From the NCBI GenBank assembly GCA_963555825.3, contig CAUVXB020000002.1, forward strand, positions 192,001 to 256,000: a DNA stretch of 64,000 bases. The letters are read 5' to 3'. Positions 19,927 to 30,816 of the stretch are shown here, piece by piece (position 1 is the stretch's first letter; every line of letters begins with the position of its first letter). Under the pieces are notes generated by a model. The model was not told the DNA's origin and did not search any database. It saw only the letters and a program-made list of their open reading frames with translations. The translations under genes and the position numbers were made by a program. The stretch comes from Alphaproteobacteria bacterium. Lineage in GTDB: Bacteria > Pseudomonadota > Alphaproteobacteria > JAAXGF01.

Positions 19927-21389
19927 CCCCCCCGCCTTCCAGTCAGAGCAACCCTGACAGAAGGCTATACGCGGTCCCATTTTGGTCCGCCGCAGCCGGA
20001 TCGACCGGCCGCTTCAGTGGGGGATTATTGCTCTGCCGTTCTCATATATAAATCCCATTGTTTGCAAGCCTGATGATACATAGCGCTAAACCCCATGGCT
20101 GCCCGGGCACTGATCCCTGGTCGTATTCGGCGGTTGCAAGGGGGATGGCGGTCGAGCCATCAAACCATCACCAGCGCGATCAATGACGGAACGTTGATTT
20201 CGTCATCGACCTGGGCGACCCGGATTTTGTCCTTGTCGAAGAAAAACAGCGGAAACAGGAACTTGTCCGGCAACACCAGGCCCTGATCGCTTGCCTCGAG
20301 TTCCAGCGTCCGTACTTCCAGGCGATGGTTTCGCAACCGGTCGTTCAGGGCGTCGACGGAAATTTTCATGTCGAAGGCGGGCAGCCCGCCGAAATTCATC
20401 AACACCTCGTCGGTGACGTCGGACAGGAATGTATTGACCACCTGATATGCGGTGTCCATGCCGAGCAACTTGCGCCCGAGCCGGCACACCAGCGTATTGG
20501 TTTCATCGTGTTCGGTGAGCGCCAACATGGTCCCCATCCGCTCCAAGCCGAGCGACAGCAGGAATTCCTCGTCGAGAAAATTTCCGGTCACGGCATCCAG
20601 TCCTGCTTCGCGCGCGGCTGCCAGGTTGTCGTCCTTGTTGTCGACCAGCTTGACCGGCACCCCCCGGGCGGCCAGCAGCTCGGCGATTGTTATGGAGAAC
20701 TCGTGAATCCCAACCAGCAGGAAGCCGTTGCGCGGGGGTGCGTTGACTTTAAGCAGGCCGGCGATCGGCGCGATCGTCAGTCCCTGCAATACGACTGTAA
20801 CCATGATCACCAGGAACACGACGGTTTCGACGGCGTCCGCCTGCGGATAGCCCTTGTCGATCAAGACCTGGGAAAACAACGAAGCCGTGGCCGCGGCGAT
20901 AATGCCCCGCGGGGCGAGCCAGACCAGAAACAGCTTTTCCCGCAGGTTCAACGCCGTACCGATCGTCGTCAGAAACACCGTAAGTGGGCGCGCAATGAAC
21001 AGGATCGAGAGCACGGCGGGCACCATGAGCCAGCCGAAATCACCGAGCTTGGAAAGGTCGATGCGCGACGACAGCAGTATGAACAGGAAGGAGATGACCA
21101 GCGTGGAAAGCTGTTCCTTGAAGTCCCTGATCCGCTCCAGCGACGGGTGCTTGAGCTGTCCCAGCACGAGACCGGCCACCGTCACCGTCACCAAGCCCGA
21201 CTCCGAGGCCAAATGGTTGGCGCCCCAATAGGCCAGCAGGATGATGCCCAAAATCACCAGGTTCAGAAGGTCGTGGGGTACGAGCTTGCGCGTAATGGCG
21301 AAAATCAACACGCGGCCCGTGCCATAACCGATGGCGCCTCCCAGTATCAAGCGACCGAAGAAATAAAGTGCGCCCCGTTGTCCAGACCA

Positions 21390-22277
21390 TTATGCGGCCT
21401 GTTTAAGATAATTTTTGTCTCCTGATTGCTGTTGTTGCGCCTGTGGGGATGTGGGTAAGCCGTCAGGCTTATCCATCATATCCACGGGCCGGTGGCCGCC
21501 TTCGAAATAAACCTCGTCGGGCGTATTGTAATCCAGCGACTGGTGCGGTCTCTGGCTGTTGTAGAAGTCGATGTAGGCGCCGATGCAGCGCCGCGCCTCG
21601 GGCAGGCTCTCATAGACCCGGAGATAGACTTCCTCGTATTTGATCGAGCGCCAGAAGCGCTCAATGAAGATGTTGTCCAGGCAACGCCCTTTGCCGTCCA
21701 TGGAAACCCGAATGCCGCAGTCCTCCAGCGCCGATACCCAGTCCTTGGCCGTGAACTGCGCCCCCTGGTCCGAGTTGACGATGTCCGCAACCCCTTGGGC
21801 AAGCGCATCCTCCAGCGCCTCGAGACAGAACGTCCGGCTCATCGAGTTGGACAGGCGCCAGCCCATGATCCGGCGGCTGTAAACATCGATCAGCGCCACC
21901 AAATAAGCGAAGCCCACCGGCAACTTGATGTAAGTGATGTCCACCTGCCAGACCTGACCGGGGCGGACAATGTCCAGATCCTGCAGAAGATAAGGATGGA
22001 CAACGTGGTCCCGCCCCGGGCGGCTGGTCTTGGGCGTGGCGTACAACGCCGCGATCCCCATCGCCTTCATCAGGCGGCGCACCCGCTTGTGGTTGACGAC
22101 ATGGCCGGCGCGGCGCAAGACCTCGGCGATCTTGCGGTAGCCGTAGAACGGACGGGCCTCCCAGATGTCCCGGATGCGGTTCATCATGTCGACCTCGTCA
22201 TCCGTCCCGGAACGCCGCCGGTAGTACACCGTGCTGCGGTTGATATCCAAAAGGGCGCATTGGCGGCGCAGGCTCAA
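21390..22277 (-). CDS. IS3 transposase OrfB
   Basis: 'WQVDITY', 'NSDQGAQF', 'DNIFIERFWRSIKYE'. Confidence 0.93.
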   Translation of the reverse strand: MSLRRQCALLDINRSTVYYRRRSGTDDEVDMMNRIRDIWEARPFYGYRKIAEVLRRAGHVVNHKRVRRLMKAMGIAALYATPKTSRPGRDHVVHPYLLQDLDIVRPGQVWQVDITYIKLPVGFAYLVALIDVYSRRIMGWRLSNSMSRTFCLEALEDALAQGVADIVNSDQGAQFTAKDWVSALEDCGIRVSMDGKGRCLDNIFIERFWRSIKYEEVYLRVYESLPEARRCIGAYIDFYNSQRPHQSLDYNTPDEVYFEGGHRPVDMMDKPDGLPTSPQAQQQQSGDKNYLKQAA

Positions 22278-22321
22278 GTCGCCACCTTCGCGCCGGAGAA
22301 GTGCTTTTCTTTTGTCACGGC

Positions 22322-22606
22322 TCAGCTCTCCAATGCTTTTTTTAAGAAGTCGCGCTCCATCGTCAACTCGCCGATCTTCTCATGCAACTTGGCGATGGTC
22401 CGCTCATCCGCCGTCCCCGACCGGCGGCGCTTGTCGGCGAAAAGGCTCTTGCCCCCACATTCCAACTGGTCACGCCACTTCTGGATCGCGCCAACCGAAA
22501 CCGCATACTCCCGGCTCAGCTCCCCAAGCGTCCGGTCTCCCTTCAACGCCGCCAGCGCCACCTTGAATTTGAAACCTTCGCCATGCGTCTTGCGAACCCT
22601 CGTCAT
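22322..22606 (-). CDS. IS3 transposase OrfA
   Basis: 'RKTHGEGFKFKVALAAL', 'LHEKIGELTMERDFL'. Confidence 0.92.
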   Translation of the reverse strand: MTRVRKTHGEGFKFKVALAALKGDRTLGELSREYAVSVGAIQKWRDQLECGGKSLFADKRRRSGTADERTIAKLHEKIGELTMERDFLKKALES

Positions 22607-23474
22607 CCTTCAATCCTTCCCCGAAAGAAGGAGACAGACTTATCTTAAACCGTGGTCCGAAAAACGGGGCGCAGCATAAAATGTCCCGCCGTCGTCAGAT
22701 TTAGATCGCTGCCGGAAACGACGAACTGCAGCGTCACCACCATGAGGATCGCGCCAATGGCATCGACGATGATCGCTTCCCACGTCAGCACGTCATGGAG
22801 CTTCTTCTGGCGCGCGCGCGCGCCAGAAGGGGCCCGACAACCGTCGGACCCGACACGATCAGGATCGCTCCGATCAACATTGCCACGCCGAGATTGAGAT
22901 CCAGGATGACATGCAGGCAGACGCTAACCACGGCCATGGTGATGAAGGGGCCACCGATGATGATGCCCAAAATTGCCTTGGGCGCGGCCTTGAGATCGGG
23001 AATGTGGAGGGTCATTCCGCCCTCGAACAGAATGATCGCAACGCCGAGCGAGATGGCCGCCGATGTGATTTCGGGAATCTCGTGCGTGCGCAGGACATGC
23101 AGTACCTGAGGTCCCGCCACGATGCCGAAAAGCATGAGAAATATGATGCTGGGGAGCCGCAGTTTCTGGGATAGGACCTGCGCGGCCACGCCAAGAAATA
23201 TGGCGAGAGCTATGGTCTGTAGGATGTGTTCGCTTTCCATTTGACTCTCGCCACAGCTTGACCACGGCGGCCGATTGAAGTCCCCCGCGTCGTTTGAAAG
23301 AAGACCCGGGGTATGCAAAAACCTGGGGTCAATGGTACCGTCAACTTAAGCCATCACAACCCGGCACAACCAGATAATATCGAAGGACGAGGATCGATCG
23401 GCGTAGAGTGGCGATGGCCGCCGCGAAACTGTGGGGACTTTTCGGGCGCGCGCTTTCCGATTGATGGGGGACAG

Positions 23475-26078
23475 ATGTTCACGATCGTGATCGGCGACGG
23501 ACTGACCAACGAATATCTAAGTCCGGAGGTTCAGTTCCAGACCTGCCCGCTCAACGTCGGCCGCCAAGAGATCGATCGTCTCCTGGGTGCCGGGCCGGAC
23601 TTTGGCAACGGGGTGCTGCCCGAGTTTCTCCGCGAAGCCGCGAGAGTCAGCAAGCACGGCACGAACTCGGCGCTGGTCCTGTTGCGGAGCGCCGAAAGCG
23701 GCATCGGTTCCGATCGGGGAGGCAAGCCTCAGCATGACGGTGGTGGCGACTTCGTAGAGCCGCTGAAGGAGATTGCCGGCGATGCCGAAGTCATCGACAC
23801 GGCGCACCGGGCACTGCCATTGCCGGCGTTCCGCCAAGCCGTCGAGCGCCTCACCGGTTTCGACCCGATGGCGGAGGAAACGGACAGAAACGAATTCCGG
23901 TTTTTGCTTCTCGGCTGCGATACCGAGAATCGCATACTCGCTCTGGCGACCTTCCTGCGAAGCATCCTCGGTTACGCGAAAGTGGCGGTTTCCTCGCATC
24001 TCGTCGGAAGCGCCACGAAGGACGCCCATTTCGCCGCCCTGCGCCATAACTTCCCCAGCGCGGGCATCGAGGTCTTTCTTGACTTGGAAGATGCCGCGCG
24101 CTTCGTCGACATCGATCCGGCCCGTTTCGGCAATTTCACATGCCGGCCGTGCGTCATCGAACCACTCGAAGCTCGGCAAGCTCTTGGCGAGGAGCAGAGA
24201 GCCATCATCGAGTTGCTTTGCATGCACTGGACCCGGACCGATCTGAAGCCGTTACAGGGCGGCTTCAGCGGCAGCCTGCTATTCCTCGCGGACGGTTGGA
24301 AGGACGACGCTCGCACCGAGCCGATGGTGATCAAGATAGACGACTTCGCGCAAATGCGCCGCGAGCTCGAGGGTTACCAGCAGGTATTCGACTTTTTCGG
24401 CAAGCACGTCCCCACCTTCGGCAATCCGGTCGCGGTCGGAGATTACATCGGCATCGCCATGGAACTGGCTGCCATGGAGGGGCGCCCCGAGACCATTCAG
24501 GACAGTTTCGAGCGCGCCGACGGCGAGGCGGACGTCCGCCGTTTCATGGGTCGGCTGGATAAGGCGTTGGAACTGATTACGGACAAGCTCTACCGCAATA
24601 CCCGGACGCTCACGCGGATCGCTCCCTATCGCAGGTTCCATCTTCACACGGATGAACAATTGCAGTGGCTGCGCGAGAATGTCGGCTACATCATGGATTA
24701 CCGTGACGCCGTTGCCGGCAACAGCCCACAGGTGGACTGCGAGACGATCGAGAAGATCCTGAAGTTGATCACCTCGAACGAGGACGCCATCGAAAGCGAA
24801 GCCTGTATCGCCCACGGCGACCTCAACATGAAAAACATCATTTGCGACGAGGTCGACAACATCTGGTTCATCGACTGGACCCACTGCGGTCAGCATCCCG
24901 TGGAAATGGACTTCGCGAAGCTGGAGAACGACATCAAGTTCGTCGCCAGCAAGCAGTTCGACCTGGACGACCTCGTCCGGCTCGAGAAGTTCGAGGAATA
25001 CCTCCTTTCGCACCGCCTGCCGGCCGACGCCAGCAGCCTTCCCGACAACCTGAAATTCGCGAAGTGGGATCTGCGGTTCCGAAAGATTCTGGATACCGTT
25101 CGGAAGATCCGGGAGACTTGTTTTTCCCTGAAGGACGACGAAGACTGGCTTGTCTACCGCACCGCACTGCTCAGGTACGCGCTGCACACGCTCAGCTTCG
25201 ACAAGCGGCGAGACCTGGGCGAATGCGATCTTCCCCAACTCTTGCACGCCCTGTTCTCGATCGACTGCCTGGTCTTCATACTCGTTACCGACGACTTCCA
25301 TCTCAAGATCCGGGGCGAGCGGCCCGACTCTTACCCGCCGAGGCTGCGCGTGCCCATCGACGAGGCCCCCTGGGGCGCCGAATGCCCGGACTACACGCCG
25401 CCGTATCACGTCGACCCGTCGGTTCCGAGCAACGACGGGGCCCAAAATGCGGGCGGCTGGGCCGATCCGGAGGATTTCGAAAAAGCTCAAGAACCCGGCG
25501 AACGGGAAACGGCTGATATTCACGATGCGGCAGGGCGCGCACTCAATCCTCGCGGACGCACCGGGATCGCCGGCCGGGGCCTGCTGGGAAGGTGGGGGGC
25601 CAATTTCATGGTCGGCGCCGTCGTCGTGCGAACCGGCGGCACCGCGGGCGAACTCGACATACTCCTGGGCCGGACCGGGGAAGGCGGTGACCTTTCGCTC
25701 CCGGAAGGCTTCGCTGGGCCTGGGGAAAGCCGCGAAACCGCAATGGCACGCGTCCTTGAAGCCACGACTGGCTGGCGGCCCGAGCCCGGGACCGGAGACG
25801 TCATCTTCGAGGGCTACAGCTATGACGCCCGGCAGACCGATCATGCCTGGATCGATATCCAGGCCCGCCTGTTCCATCTTGGCGACGAATTCGGGCCTTC
25901 CCGTTTTCGCCCGGGCAGTGACTTCGAGGAGGTCGAATGGCGGCGCCTGGACGCCGGGGCCGTAAACCGCCTGCCGTCCAATCAAGCACGTCTGGTCCGC
26001 GAGGCGGTCAAAAGGTTGCGCGATACCGACAGCATCGATCAACAGCTGGCGGTGTCGCTCCTCGCCAAAACGGGGTGA
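23475..26078 (+). CDS. Multidomain protein: degenerate isochorismatase-like + APH/kinase-fold phosphotransferase + NUDT9-like Nudix domain
   Basis: 'GGFSGS', 'VIKID', 'HGDLNMKN', 'FIDW'; 'NPRGRTGIAGRGLLGRWGAN', 'DARQTDHAW'; ATG at 23475 chosen for its RBS. Confidence 0.8.
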   Translation: MFTIVIGDGLTNEYLSPEVQFQTCPLNVGRQEIDRLLGAGPDFGNGVLPEFLREAARVSKHGTNSALVLLRSAESGIGSDRGGKPQHDGGGDFVEPLKEIAGDAEVIDTAHRALPLPAFRQAVERLTGFDPMAEETDRNEFRFLLLGCDTENRILALATFLRSILGYAKVAVSSHLVGSATKDAHFAALRHNFPSAGIEVFLDLEDAARFVDIDPARFGNFTCRPCVIEPLEARQALGEEQRAIIELLCMHWTRTDLKPLQGGFSGSLLFLADGWKDDARTEPMVIKIDDFAQMRRELEGYQQVFDFFGKHVPTFGNPVAVGDYIGIAMELAAMEGRPETIQDSFERADGEADVRRFMGRLDKALELITDKLYRNTRTLTRIAPYRRFHLHTDEQLQWLRENVGYIMDYRDAVAGNSPQVDCETIEKILKLITSNEDAIESEACIAHGDLNMKNIICDEVDNIWFIDWTHCGQHPVEMDFAKLENDIKFVASKQFDLDDLVRLEKFEEYLLSHRLPADASSLPDNLKFAKWDLRFRKILDTVRKIRETCFSLKDDEDWLVYRTALLRYALHTLSFDKRRDLGECDLPQLLHALFSIDCLVFILVTDDFHLKIRGERPDSYPPRLRVPIDEAPWGAECPDYTPPYHVDPSVPSNDGAQNAGGWADPEDFEKAQEPGERETADIHDAAGRALNPRGRTGIAGRGLLGRWGANFMVGAVVVRTGGTAGELDILLGRTGEGGDLSLPEGFAGPGESRETAMARVLEATTGWRPEPGTGDVIFEGYSYDARQTDHAWIDIQARLFHLGDEFGPSRFRPGSDFEEVEWRRLDAGAVNRLPSNQARLVREAVKRLRDTDSIDQQLAVSLLAKTG

Positions 26079-26084
26079 GCGCCT

Positions 26085-26999
26085 GTGACACTGACGAAAC
26101 TGGAACGGGCCTGCATCGACGCCCACAGGAAGGGCAACCGAACGGATGCCGCCATCGGCACCCCCGTCGACACGACGGCGTGGCTGCGCTTCGGCTTGAG
26201 CGTGCTGCTCGAGACCGGGCGCATGGTGCGGGGCATGCGCCTTCTGCCCATGGACGCGGCGGTTCAGTTCAAGTCGGACGGCTCGCCGGTCACGGCCCTG
26301 GAGCACCGGATCGAGACCTTCGTTCGTGAGCGCCTGACGGAAATCTGCCCCGAAGCGGGCTTCGTTGGCGAGGAATCCGGCGGCGCCCTGCCGCCCCGGG
26401 GGTATGCCGTCGCGATCGACCCGGTGGACGGCACCTGGTCCCTGGTCAACCGCACGGAAAGCTGCACGACGGGGCTTGCCTTCTTCCACGACGGCGAAGC
26501 ATTTCTGGGCATGGTCCTGAACCCGGCAACCGGAGAGCTTGGCTATGCCGCCAGCGATACCGGGACACGGCTCCTGCAGGTCTCCCTGTTTGGCGAGGAT
26601 GATGCGGCTGTCACGCTTCCCGGCGAGCGGCTTCGGCCACAAACCCTTCTGGTCAATCTCCAGCCCAGCCGGGACGCCCAGGACATGATTGGCGGCTTCT
26701 TCGAGGCATGGCGCGACGGTGGCGTGAACATGGTGAAGCTACCCGGCGGTTCCCCGTTGTGGGCGATGTTGGAAGCCGCGAAGGGAAGCTTCGTCTACGT
26801 CAATCTCTGGTCCAGGCGGGCGGCGCAGGCGTACGACTTGGCAGCCGGGATCATGCTGGTCCGAGGGGCCGGCGGCGACGTAACCGACCTCGCCGGCAAG
26901 CCGATCAAAACGACGGACCACAGGGGCACCTTCGTCGCTGGCATCGACCGGGAAGCGCGCCGCAAGGTCGCGGCCATAGTTCGAAGTTCGGCGGATTAG
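26085..26999 (+). CDS. Inositol monophosphatase (FIG) family phosphatase
   Basis: 'KSDGSPVT', 'GEE', 'IDPVDGT', 'YDLAAG...GAGGDVTD'; starts 6 bp after the upstream stop. Confidence 0.85.
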   Translation: MTLTKLERACIDAHRKGNRTDAAIGTPVDTTAWLRFGLSVLLETGRMVRGMRLLPMDAAVQFKSDGSPVTALEHRIETFVRERLTEICPEAGFVGEESGGALPPRGYAVAIDPVDGTWSLVNRTESCTTGLAFFHDGEAFLGMVLNPATGELGYAASDTGTRLLQVSLFGEDDAAVTLPGERLRPQTLLVNLQPSRDAQDMIGGFFEAWRDGGVNMVKLPGGSPLWAMLEAAKGSFVYVNLWSRRAAQAYDLAAGIMLVRGAGGDVTDLAGKPIKTTDHRGTFVAGIDREARRKVAAIVRSSAD

Positions 27000-27000
27000 T

Positions 27001-27363
27001 TTGGATTGCCTGGTTCGGAAGGTAACCTATGGCGATGCAACCGGCAAAAGCATCGACGTCGTCAAGCCAGACAAACTCAAACCCGGTGCACGGCTGATCC
27101 GAGAATGGAATGGTCGGACCCATCGCTGGTTCGATGAGTTGGCGAGAGGAGAAGCTGGATCGGCGCGGGAGATTGCACGCCGCGACGGTATCGACGCGAG
27201 CGAAGTCAGCCGTACCACCCAGCTTGCCTTCCTGGCGCCCGATATCGTCGAGGCGACCTTGGCTGGGCATCAACCGGTCGAGTTGACGGCGTGGCACCTC
27301 ACGCGCGGCGTGCTCCTCATCGATTGGCAGCGACAGCGCGGCATCCTCGGCTTCGACGGCTGA
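27001..27363 (+). pseudogene. Deletion-fusion remnant: DUF2924-like fragment + large serine recombinase C-terminus
   Basis: 'KPGARLIREWNGRTH' joined directly to 'SAREIARRDG...LAFLAPDIVEA...DWQRQR'; adjacent to the tRNA 3' end. Confidence 0.7.
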
Positions 27364-27546
27364 TCGAGCTGCAAATTGCGCGCCATCATTGACCCAAAGA
27401 ATTGTCCGCGAAACACGCCGATGGAGACTTTCGGGCAAAATTGCCGTCTCTGCACAGCCACCACTACCGGAGAATCGCCCAAAATCGGCGGAAATCGGCC
27501 GGTTCGTGCACCTCGGGGGATGGACACCCGAAGTGCCGAGGGTGGG

Positions 27547-27623
27547 TGGTGGGCCGGGCAGGACTTGAACCTGCGACAACGCCGTTATGAGCGGCGCGTT
27601 CTAACCAACTGAACTACCGGCCC
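27547..27623 (-). tRNA. tRNA with CAT anticodon, probably tRNA-Ile2 (lysidine)
   Basis: Cloverleaf GGGCCGG...CTCATAA...GGTTCAAGTCC...ACCA; G1-C72 pair excludes initiator; C4-G69/C5-G68 fit TilS determinants. Confidence 0.93.
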
Positions 27624-27761
27624 GTGTTCAGGCGCCAGAGGGCAGAGAACAAAGATCAGGCCGCGGTACCCCGCACCGTCATCTGATCTCTCGTCGCTAA
27701 TCTCTGAACTTTGATTCTCTCGCCGATCGGCGACGGGATCAAGCGGCGATCGCGACATTCG

Positions 27762-28370
27762 TCACGCCACCTCGCCATAGGGTGGCGCGGGGTCGTATTC
27801 GATGACGCGCTGGATTTCGCGCGCGAAGGCCGGATCGAAGATCTGGCCCAACAGCCAGAGCGCCATGTCGATGCCGGCCGAGACACCCGCCGCGCTGACC
27901 AGGTTGCCGTCCTGCACCCAGCGTTCGCCGTCGACCACCTCGGCCGCCTCGCCCGTGGCGCGCAGCTCGGAAATGGCCGAATGGTACGTCGTGACGCGCT
28001 TGCCCCTGGCCGGCCCGGCGGCGAGCAGCACCCGCGCGCCGGTGCACACCGAGGTGACCCATCGGCAGGACGCCGCGGTCTCGCGGATCCAGTCGAGCAG
28101 TGCCGGATTGGCGATCACCCCGTGGGTCCCCTCGCCGCCCGGCACGACGATGACGTCGATCGCCGGCGCGCTCGCGAGGTCGTGGTCGGCGAGGATGCGC
28201 ATGCCGTTGGCGCAGGTCACGGCGGCGGCCGTCTCGGCCACCGTGAAACAATGCAACGCGTCGGGCCGCGCCGCCTCGGCGACGCGGAAGACCTCCCACG
28301 GACCGACCGCGTCGAGCTCTTCGACACCATCGAACAACAGAATGCCAATAGCGGTGCGCGCGGCGGTCAC
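27762..28370 (-). CDS. DJ-1/PfpI family protein
   Basis: 'GVEELDAVGPWEVF', 'VVPGG', 'SVCTGA', 'AAGVSAGIDMAL'. Confidence 0.92.
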   Translation of the reverse strand: MTAARTAIGILLFDGVEELDAVGPWEVFRVAEAARPDALHCFTVAETAAAVTCANGMRILADHDLASAPAIDVIVVPGGEGTHGVIANPALLDWIRETAASCRWVTSVCTGARVLLAAGPARGKRVTTYHSAISELRATGEAAEVVDGERWVQDGNLVSAAGVSAGIDMALWLLGQIFDPAFAREIQRVIEYDPAPPYGEVA

Positions 28371-28400
28371 CGCCTGATCTCCGATACTGCCCGCAACGCC

Positions 28401-28429
28401 GTAGGGGCGGGTTTGAAACCCGCCCCTAC
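28401..28429 (+). repeat. GTAG-type REP palindrome
   Basis: GTAGGGGCGGGTTTGAAACCCGCCCCTAC; related copy on the minus strand at 59667-59695. Confidence 0.8.
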
Positions 28430-28464
28430 ACGATCACGGTTGGCGTGCTGCCCGCGCATTGCCA

Positions 28465-30756
<2,292 letters not shown>

Positions 30757-30816
30757 TCGTTCCCAACCCCCTATGTCTCGAACGCCCCGCCGGCCCTCAC
30801 CCCCTGGCCAGCGTCG

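Larger units (their letters stand above)
17475..20044 (-). mobile_element. IS21-family insertion sequence
   Basis: TG...CA ends, subterminal repeats, istA-istB; no target duplication visible. Confidence 0.92.
21366..22676 (-). mobile_element. Second IS3-family insertion sequence
   Basis: IRs sharing TGCGCCCCGTT...GACCA; orfA/orfB with an A7 slippery run; left boundary uncertain by 2-3 bp (TAAA is a candidate duplication). Confidence 0.9.
20160..23240 (-). pseudogene. CPA1/NhaP cation:proton antiporter with C-terminal RCK-like domain; frameshifted and IS3-interrupted
   Basis: 'IILFEGG', 'VSGPTVVGPLL', 'WEAIIVDAIG', 'ESGLVTVTVAG', 'APRGIIAA'; frameshift at ~22810-22823; IS at ~21366-22676. 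Confidence 0.88.

Noticed and set aside
23313-23474. Upstream extension of the fusion ORF (and similar extensions for carA, trxB, the decarboxylase and the DMT)
   Set aside because: Downstream starts have better RBS or family-like N-termini; the extensions look non-coding or run into IS/repeat DNA
24279-26642. 787-aa antisense ORF and similar long shadow ORFs (opposite rpoD, dnaG, carB, mttB)
   Set aside because: Expected from high-GC codon bias opposite genuine genes
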